39,540 nt of DNA from a plasmid: the sequence record NZ_CP023509.1, one strand, 5' to 3'. The notes below the pieces were generated by a model. It had not been told where the DNA came from and searched no databases. It was given only the letters and a program-made list of their open reading frames with translations. How positions within the stretch are numbered: the stretch's first letter is position 1; each line of letters begins with the position of its first letter. Position numbers and translations under genes: made by a program. Of the stretch, positions 33,301-39,540 are shown one piece after another.

Positions 33301-33950
33301 TGCGACAGTTGAACCTGTGGCTGCATCTTAGGCTGAGGTACCCGTGCCGCTTGCTGCGGGGCGTGTCCGTGAGCCTTTGCCTGCGCGATTGACTTGTGCG
33401 GGTGTACCCCTGCCGCCGCGTCATTCAGTGTGGCGGCGTGGGCGGTTTCTGCGTCCGCATGAGCTTCAAAAAACGCTGCTCGTTCACCGCGCGCTTCGGC
33501 GGTGTCCCATTCGACGTCTGCCTTCTGATGCTCTTGCTCTGAAAGCTCCTCGTGTTTCTGAGCCTCGTTCGGATCATCAGTGTTCAGTTCCTTCTGATGC
33601 TCAAGGTCAGAGAGGTTTTCGTGCCCTTCGGCGCGTTCCTCAGCTAAATTCTGCTCGGTGCGTTCCTCCCAACCCCGGCGTTCGAAAAACTCGATGAACT
33701 CTTCAAGGTTCATTCCGAATCGGTCTTGAACGTTTTTCTCCAGCACTTCGAAAGGCTTTTCTGCACTTTCGTACAGCTCTTCCTTGCTGGGTAGTTCCGG
33801 CAACATTTCACGAGTTGCTGGTTCGTATTCTGCCTCCGGCACGGATTCCTGCTGCTTGAGAATTTTTATGATGTGGCGCAGAACGTTGAGAACCTCTTTC
33901 ATCTGGTTCACGATTTCCTGTTCAGCTTCCATGATGGGTGATTCGCTCAT
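33297..33950 (-). CDS. Acidic Glu-rich protein downstream of the relaxase (candidate relaxosome or transfer accessory protein)
   Basis: 217 aa. EELYESAEKPFEVLEKNVQDRFGMNLEEFIEFFERRGWEE... Confidence 0.5.
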   Translation of the reverse strand: MSESPIMEAEQEIVNQMKEVLNVLRHIIKILKQQESVPEAEYEPATREMLPELPSKEELYESAEKPFEVLEKNVQDRFGMNLEEFIEFFERRGWEERTEQNLAEERAEGHENLSDLEHQKELNTDDPNEAQKHEELSEQEHQKADVEWDTAEARGERAAFFEAHADAETAHAATLNDAAAGVHPHKSIAQAKAHGHAPQQAARVPQPKMQPQVQLSH

Positions 33951-33994
33951 ATTCCTTTCCTTCTTCTGGATTCGGTGGATAAAGGGACTGCTAG

Positions 33995-36900
33995 TTACAT
34001 TTGCAGGCCACGTTCCGGACCCTTTGCCGGGTGTTGCGGGGCTGCGGGCTGATTCGATGACTTGACCTTAGATGGACGACCCATGATGCCCAGCTGGCCT
34101 AGACGCAAAGCGTCCAATGTTTCTTGGTCAGTGGGCGGCTCCGGTGCACGGTCAGCACGGGCGGCCTGAATCTTTTGCTCCACGGGCGAGATTGGTTCAG
34201 GGGTCGGGTTTTGCTGCGGCGTAGGTGCCTGCTGCTTCTGCGGTTCCGCGGTTGCTTCCGGCTCGGGGGACTGACTCTGCTCAGAAGCCCGCTTCGACAA
34301 ACGCGCCGACTTTGCAACCTGTTTCATCTGCTCCCACACGCCCAGCACAGCTTCGGCTGCGCGGGTGCGTACCTTCGACACTGCCGAAACCGGGGCACCC
34401 TCAGCGGCCAAACGCGCATTGTTCACGCGCTGTCCCGCCTCGCGGACAAGCTCGCGCGGTAGCGGCTCCGGGTGCGAATCGGGCACGTTGAACTTCTTGC
34501 GCATGGCATCAACTTCACCTGCAACCCTTGCCCACTTGCGGAAGGCACGCTTGCGGGTCGGCACCGGCCCGAGGTTCTGAACCCACGCCGGGGCCTTACC
34601 CTCGCGCACCTGCTGCGCCAATTCCTGACCGCGCGAACGGGTGAGCTTGCCGATTTCAGAAGCGCGTGCCTTAAGAATCGCCTTGAGCTTGCCGCCCTTA
34701 AGCTGATTCTCCCAGAAACGGTCAAGGGTATGACCGGACACGCCGCCAGAAGTCACCTTCGAGGGCTGCGGCTTCTGCACGTTATTCTGAGCCGTCAAGC
34801 CCAGTTCACGGCGCAAACGGCGCTCTTCACGCAGGCACGCGGCCAGAGTGAAACGCTCACCACCGCGCGAAACCTCGCCACGGATAATCTGCTCAAACTC
34901 GCGCTGATCGCCGCTGACCTCCCAGCGACGGCGCGTAATCTCAGCGTCCATCTCCGAAAGAGTCTCCGCGATCGCCTCGTACTTTCCGCTGCGGTGGGTG
35001 CCTCCATCCTCACGCTCACAAGCGTTCAGAGCCTTCACAGTCGCGGCGCGACGCTCCAGAAGCCAATCGGTCTTGGCCATAGCGTAGGGATTCCTAAACC
35101 ATTCCGGGTCGTCCAGAACAAGCTTCTCCAGGCGCGCCTCAGTGGAAACTTCGCGCGCCTCAGCACGGGCAATCAGCGCATCCAACATCGCGTCAGAGTA
35201 GCCCGCCAACGGGCGGTCTGCACGCTCAGCGTTCGCGCGCTCATCGACAATCTGGCTAACACGCCAGGACAGAACCGCTGCGGCATCAACCGGCGTTTCA
35301 GCGTCCGTACCCAACGCGCGGGAGCGGTAGGCGCGCTCCACAATATCGGGCACATCCAGACCTGCACGGTGCAGCTCGCCCAGCTGTGCCGCCAATGCGC
35401 CGAAACCTTCGGAATTGATTACGGCGGTAACGTCAGCATCCGCTGACGCGCGCGCGCCGGTAGGCATCTTAGCTACCAGCTCGTCGGTTGCTTCGCCGTC
35501 ATAGCGTGCCTGACGCATCTGTGCACGCAAGCTACGGGCGAGGGCTGCATCTTCACCGGTGAGGTCAAAGTACTTCACACGGTTCATGCCCTCGGTCATG
35601 AGGTCAGCAATCACGGCACGCTGAGCAAGCTCTGCGTGCTCGTTGTATTCCAAAACTGCGGCGGCGGTATCCATCTGCTGCGCGCGGATCGCATCGACAC
35701 TTTCGTGCACGCTGAACTGAGCCTCCCCGTCATGACGGGCGGCTACAGTCTCCAGAACCTCATCCAACTTTTCGCCGTCACGAAGGTTCACGTAGAGGTT
35801 GTTCTGCTCGCGTCCACGACTCAAACCAACGTAGGCTGCGGCACGGTCAGCGCGGCTGTCAATCAGTGCATGGGACGTGTCCACGGTGGCACCCTGCGCA
35901 CGGTGCACGGTCAGGGCATAGCCCAGCTCCACGTTCTCGCGCACGTATTCGGCGGGCAACGTGACGGTTCCGCCATGCTCCACATGGCGCACCTTGAGCG
36001 AACCATCTTCGCCCACGCCTTCAACGCTCCACCGGTCACCATTCTTCACGAAATCACGGCCTGCAAAGACAGACAGGCGGCGGTCATTGCGGCGCGTAAC
36101 GATCGTGTCGCCCACAAAAGCGGTGGCCTGACCTGCACCCGGTGCAGAGCCAGGGCGCAACAGAACGCCCTCGCCGGTCTGCTCACCAGAGGTCGAGATA
36201 CGGTGCGCCTGAGCAAGCGCGTTCAGAGACGCTACCGCCTTGTTAGATGAGCCCATCATCAGCGAAGACTTACCATCGCTGATGTCTTTCTGCCATGCGG
36301 CGAAAACCTGCTGAGTCATGGCTTCGCCGTCACCACCGGCGACGCGGCCCTGCTCACGGTACCACTCGAAGGGTTCATCCTTGCCCACTGCGGCGGGTTC
36401 GCGAAGGCGCAAGGTCGCGGCTGCTTCCTCTTCGTTCTTGAATCGGAACAGCTCATCGAGGCGCACCGCGCCGACTTCACGGTCAATGAGGCGAAGGGCA
36501 CCACCGGCACCCACAGCCGACAGCTGACGGTCATCACCCAGCACACGCACCAGCGCGCCGCGCTCAGCGGCAATAGTCACAAGCGCGTCAAAATCACGGG
36601 TGGACACCATGCCCGCTTCGTCAATCAGAAGCACATCACCGGGGCGGATACTCAACGGCCCAGCCTTGGCACCGTTCGTGTTTGCGGCCAAAACCTTTGC
36701 CACAGTATCGGCACCAATACCTAGTTCATCGCCCAAAACCTTTGCGGCGGCGGCGGTCGGTGCCATACCGATAACGCGGCCTCCGGCGGCCTGAATCGTC
36801 TCCACTGCAAGAGAAACAGATGCGGTCTTACCGGCACCAGCTGCACCAATACCGGCAACAAGAAGGCGCTCAGAGAGGGCGAACTCGCGCGCCAGAGCTT

Positions 36901-39019
36901 CCTGACCAGCCGGAAGCGAGAAGCCCTTTTCCGCCAACTTTTCGCGGCGCTCTGCTACCTTCTGCTCGAAAACATCGAAGGTCGCCGCCGGGATCACGGG
37001 CGCGGTGGCCGCGTCCAAAATCCTAAGCTCTGCGTCCACCATCTCCTGCGTGGTGAACAGCGTTGCGTCACGGCGCACAAAACTGTTTGTGCCGTCTGCA
37101 CGCAAGAACTCGTCGGCAACCGGGCGGTTCTGCTCACCGGAAAGGTTCAGAACTTTCTGCTCCAGGGCATGATGAATGGCACCGGCGAGGCTCTGCTCAT
37201 CGGTGCTTTCCGGGGTGGTCTGAGTGGTGCCAGGAACCGGTACAGGGAAGCCTGCACCGCGCAAATAGCGGGCGGTTTCAGCCTCCACGTGGGAGCGGCG
37301 GAACACGGCACGCTGTGCGGTCACGCGGTCGAGAATCTGCTGAGCGTGCTCCTCCGGGGTGCGGATGAGGAACTCAGCCTGTGCCTGCTCGCGCTTGGCG
37401 CGCGCCTGCTCGCTGGCGGCTTCCAAGTGCTTTTTCAAGTCTTCACCGGTCGGGATATTCACCTCACCGGTGCGCGAAAGTGCCTCAGCCTTGGCCGCCC
37501 ATTCCTCGCACAAATCCTGGAGACTCTTTGCCTCGCTCTTGTGCGGGCGGGTCGAAAGGGTCGCCTGCTGCGCAAGCTCCAGCATCGCTTTACGTCCGGG
37601 CGCGTGCCCGTGTGACTCAAGGTATTCAGCCTTCAATCGGTCAAGTTCCGCGGAAATTTCAGAACGCCGGCTGCTGAAATGCTCCACCATCTCGCGATCA
37701 AATCCGGCAATTTCCATAACCGGCGATAGCTCGCTCTTGGTCGCATCGGGGACACAGACCAGCCCAAGGTGCTGTTCCAAATATTCCGCCAATTTGGCGT
37801 TATAGAGCTCAGATGCGGCAACGTTCCACTGAAAGAGGGTGCGTCCGTCGATTGATGACCACTGACCATCAGCGCCTTTCACACGGTTTGAAATCACCAG
37901 GTGGTCGTGCAGATTCGGGTCACCGGAACGCGAATCATAATGCCTAAATTTCGTGGCAATAAGTCCGCCGTCAATGTCGATTTGACGCGCACCACCGGCA
38001 CCGCGACGGGTCATAATGACCTGCTCTTCAAGGAATTTCACGACATCGGAGATAGCGGCTTCGTGAGCCTGCTGCACGCCTTCACGCAAGGATTCGTCCC
38101 CCAACCCCCACGCCATAGAAACGCTCTTGGGCGGGGTAAAAACCATGTCATAGCCTGCAACAGAATTACTCTTCGGCTTGGATTCACGCGCAATAAAAGA
38201 CACAAGCTGCTTGTCAGTAGGCTCTACGCCGTGCTGTGCACGGTACATCACCGCACCGACACGGTGGCGGATACCCTGCACCTCCTCGGCGGTCGGGTCG
38301 GTGTGCTTGGTGTCGCGGAAGCGGCGGACTTCTTCATCTGCCGCTCGGGTAAATTCGGTGGAGCCTTCATGCTGTGCGTGCAGGCTCGGGGCGATATTCT
38401 GCTTAAAATGTGCGTCGATAGCACGCTGGGAAGCGTGCTGTGCGGCGGTCGCTTCGTGCTCTAGAAGGCGGTAGTTTGCCATGAACTCGGCGCGATCAGC
38501 GCGGGGCATATCGGGGTTCTTGAGGTATTCACCCTTGACAATTCGGTGCCCTGCTGCGCGGTAGCGCTCAAGGTAACGCGAGACAGTCACACGGTCAGGT
38601 GCGGTCTCGTAAAGGTGCGCTATATCGTCCACAATCTGCTGCTGACTCTTACCCTCGCGGGTGCCCTCAATGATGAGAAATGCACGCTCAGCCGCGCGAT
38701 TCTGAACCTCATCCCACGCCTGACTGCGCACTTCCTCGAACGCTTCGGGAGTGGAATTTTTGAGAAGGTCGGTAATCTCCTCGGTCTCAAGCGGGGTAAA
38801 TTTGTGCCCGAAAAGAACCTCCATTTGTTCCTCGGACACGTTGCCTTCCAGACCCAATTCAGCCGCACCAGCGCCCACCCACTGACCCGGAGGCATACCC
38901 TCCACGGTGTAGTAATCGCCTAGCTCACGGTCAGGCGCGCGCAATACATCACCGGTCGCTACTTCGTTCGTGTAGTACCGGTAGCCATCGCCTGCGGTCA
39001 GCTTGTGAATGGTCAGCAC
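33995..39019 (-). CDS. MobF/TrwC-TraA-type conjugative relaxase fused to RecD-like helicase, with long C-terminal extension
   Basis: 1674 aa. N-terminus MLTIHKLTAGDGYRYYTNEV (catalytic Tyr pair) and HDHLVISN histidine motif. Central Walker A VAGIGAAGAGKTASV. GTG start at 39017-39019. Confidence 0.9.
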   Translation of the reverse strand: MLTIHKLTAGDGYRYYTNEVATGDVLRAPDRELGDYYTVEGMPPGQWVGAGAAELGLEGNVSEEQMEVLFGHKFTPLETEEITDLLKNSTPEAFEEVRSQAWDEVQNRAAERAFLIIEGTREGKSQQQIVDDIAHLYETAPDRVTVSRYLERYRAAGHRIVKGEYLKNPDMPRADRAEFMANYRLLEHEATAAQHASQRAIDAHFKQNIAPSLHAQHEGSTEFTRAADEEVRRFRDTKHTDPTAEEVQGIRHRVGAVMYRAQHGVEPTDKQLVSFIARESKPKSNSVAGYDMVFTPPKSVSMAWGLGDESLREGVQQAHEAAISDVVKFLEEQVIMTRRGAGGARQIDIDGGLIATKFRHYDSRSGDPNLHDHLVISNRVKGADGQWSSIDGRTLFQWNVAASELYNAKLAEYLEQHLGLVCVPDATKSELSPVMEIAGFDREMVEHFSSRRSEISAELDRLKAEYLESHGHAPGRKAMLELAQQATLSTRPHKSEAKSLQDLCEEWAAKAEALSRTGEVNIPTGEDLKKHLEAASEQARAKREQAQAEFLIRTPEEHAQQILDRVTAQRAVFRRSHVEAETARYLRGAGFPVPVPGTTQTTPESTDEQSLAGAIHHALEQKVLNLSGEQNRPVADEFLRADGTNSFVRRDATLFTTQEMVDAELRILDAATAPVIPAATFDVFEQKVAERREKLAEKGFSLPAGQEALAREFALSERLLVAGIGAAGAGKTASVSLAVETIQAAGGRVIGMAPTAAAAKVLGDELGIGADTVAKVLAANTNGAKAGPLSIRPGDVLLIDEAGMVSTRDFDALVTIAAERGALVRVLGDDRQLSAVGAGGALRLIDREVGAVRLDELFRFKNEEEAAATLRLREPAAVGKDEPFEWYREQGRVAGGDGEAMTQQVFAAWQKDISDGKSSLMMGSSNKAVASLNALAQAHRISTSGEQTGEGVLLRPGSAPGAGQATAFVGDTIVTRRNDRRLSVFAGRDFVKNGDRWSVEGVGEDGSLKVRHVEHGGTVTLPAEYVRENVELGYALTVHRAQGATVDTSHALIDSRADRAAAYVGLSRGREQNNLYVNLRDGEKLDEVLETVAARHDGEAQFSVHESVDAIRAQQMDTAAAVLEYNEHAELAQRAVIADLMTEGMNRVKYFDLTGEDAALARSLRAQMRQARYDGEATDELVAKMPTGARASADADVTAVINSEGFGALAAQLGELHRAGLDVPDIVERAYRSRALGTDAETPVDAAAVLSWRVSQIVDERANAERADRPLAGYSDAMLDALIARAEAREVSTEARLEKLVLDDPEWFRNPYAMAKTDWLLERRAATVKALNACEREDGGTHRSGKYEAIAETLSEMDAEITRRRWEVSGDQREFEQIIRGEVSRGGERFTLAACLREERRLRRELGLTAQNNVQKPQPSKVTSGGVSGHTLDRFWENQLKGGKLKAILKARASEIGKLTRSRGQELAQQVREGKAPAWVQNLGPVPTRKRAFRKWARVAGEVDAMRKKFNVPDSHPEPLPRELVREAGQRVNNARLAAEGAPVSAVSKVRTRAAEAVLGVWEQMKQVAKSARLSKRASEQSQSPEPEATAEPQKQQAPTPQQNPTPEPISPVEQKIQAARADRAPEPPTDQETLDALRLGQLGIMGRPSKVKSSNQPAAPQHPAKGPERGLQM

Positions 39020-39039
39020 ACTCTCATTCTACCCTTGAA

Positions 39040-39540
39040 ACTTATTATGAACAACTCATAATGTGCACCTGACTCACTGAGTGCATAAGGTGTGACAAAA
39101 AAGTAGTGAGCGTTTCAGCTCCACAGCGTGCGAGGAACGAGCACAAAGAGGTGGAGGCGCTGGAACGAGAAACGGTTTTGTCCGACAATGTTTTGTCGCG
39201 TTCATACACAGGCGGTGCCGGTGTGCGTGAACGCTTCTTCTCTCTGGAGGGAGCTTGCGGAAGGAAAGAGAGAATAGAGCGGTCATGCATTCCAGGCAGC
39301 AAGACAGTGTGTCAAACTGTGCACACCTGTGTGTCAGGCGTGAACAGTCAAGAGAGGAGCTTGCGGGGTGAATTGATCGTGAAGCGGCTGTCCACAGGTC
39401 GTGTGCAGATTGTCCACTGGCGCGTGCCAACTGTGAATGAGCGAAACCGGCGGCTGCGCCGCCAATTTTTCGGCGGTGCGCCGAAAAATCTAGAAGCTGA
39501 TGCGTTTATGAGGTATCATCAGATGCAAGTGAACCTATCA
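39040..39540. promoter_or_regulatory. Non-coding region upstream of the relaxase. Candidate oriT and relaxase promoter.
   Basis: Inverted repeats attatgaACAACtcataat (39040-39058) and aatttttcggcg gt gcgccgaaaaat (39463-39490). Direct repeats GAGCTTGCGG x2. The ORFs called here carry no SD or module and look non-coding. Confidence 0.35.

Noticed and set aside
39045-39430. Two overlapping minus-strand ORFs upstream of the relaxase
   Set aside because: No RBS or module. Composition is repeat-rich with inverted repeats, more consistent with a non-coding oriT or regulatory region.

Overview
High-GC (~60%) window that reads as the backbone plus accessory island of a Gram-positive (actinobacterial-type) conjugative plasmid or ICE; the LAXTG sortase signal and iteron replicon support this. 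No rRNA, tRNA, CRISPR, transposase or integrase is seen.

Right half (18.8-39.0 kb) is the conjugation and replication backbone:
- a surface and cell-wall cluster on the minus strand: a LAXTG-anchored repeat protein, a bitopic beta-rich protein, a lipoprotein, and a transglycosylase+CHAP peptidoglycan hydrolase;
- an iteron origin (DnaA box, 5x22-bp iterons, AT-rich DUE) followed by a Rep initiator;
- a compact plus-strand T4SS operon: pilin-like small TM protein, VirB8-like, VirB6-like, a 502-aa membrane protein, VirB4 ATPase, VirD4 coupling protein;
- a 1674-aa MobF/TrwC-type relaxase-helicase with a candidate oriT region upstream.

Left half (0.6-16.4 kb) is unusual. About 20 mostly small genes of unknown function sit on one strand. 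At least 13 of them are each headed by their own copy of a conserved ~130-160-bp promoter plus structured 5'-UTR module, and several end with near-identical terminators, which gives a cassette-like architecture. Paralogous families inside this island include:
- five ~90-aa proteins;
- six proteins sharing a PLPVTxENVxxY-like motif;
- three membrane-anchored Cys/His-rich proteins, each paired with tiny membrane proteins.
A free-standing HNH endonuclease and a type Ib partition pair (parA plus an RHH protein) are embedded in the island.

Between the partition genes and the next cassette lies a 10-unit tandem array (8076-8900). Each unit has a conserved 12-15-nt leader (CCTCAATGAAAGCCCC) followed by a GC hairpin whose sequence varies but whose pairing is preserved. 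It is not a CRISPR array and not an attC array.

A 33-57-bp palindromic operator recurs three times (upstream of parA, of the 16420-17361 operon, and of the 17605-18612 gene), which implies a plasmid-wide regulon. I suspect the island is an anti-defence or establishment cassette system, but that is inference.
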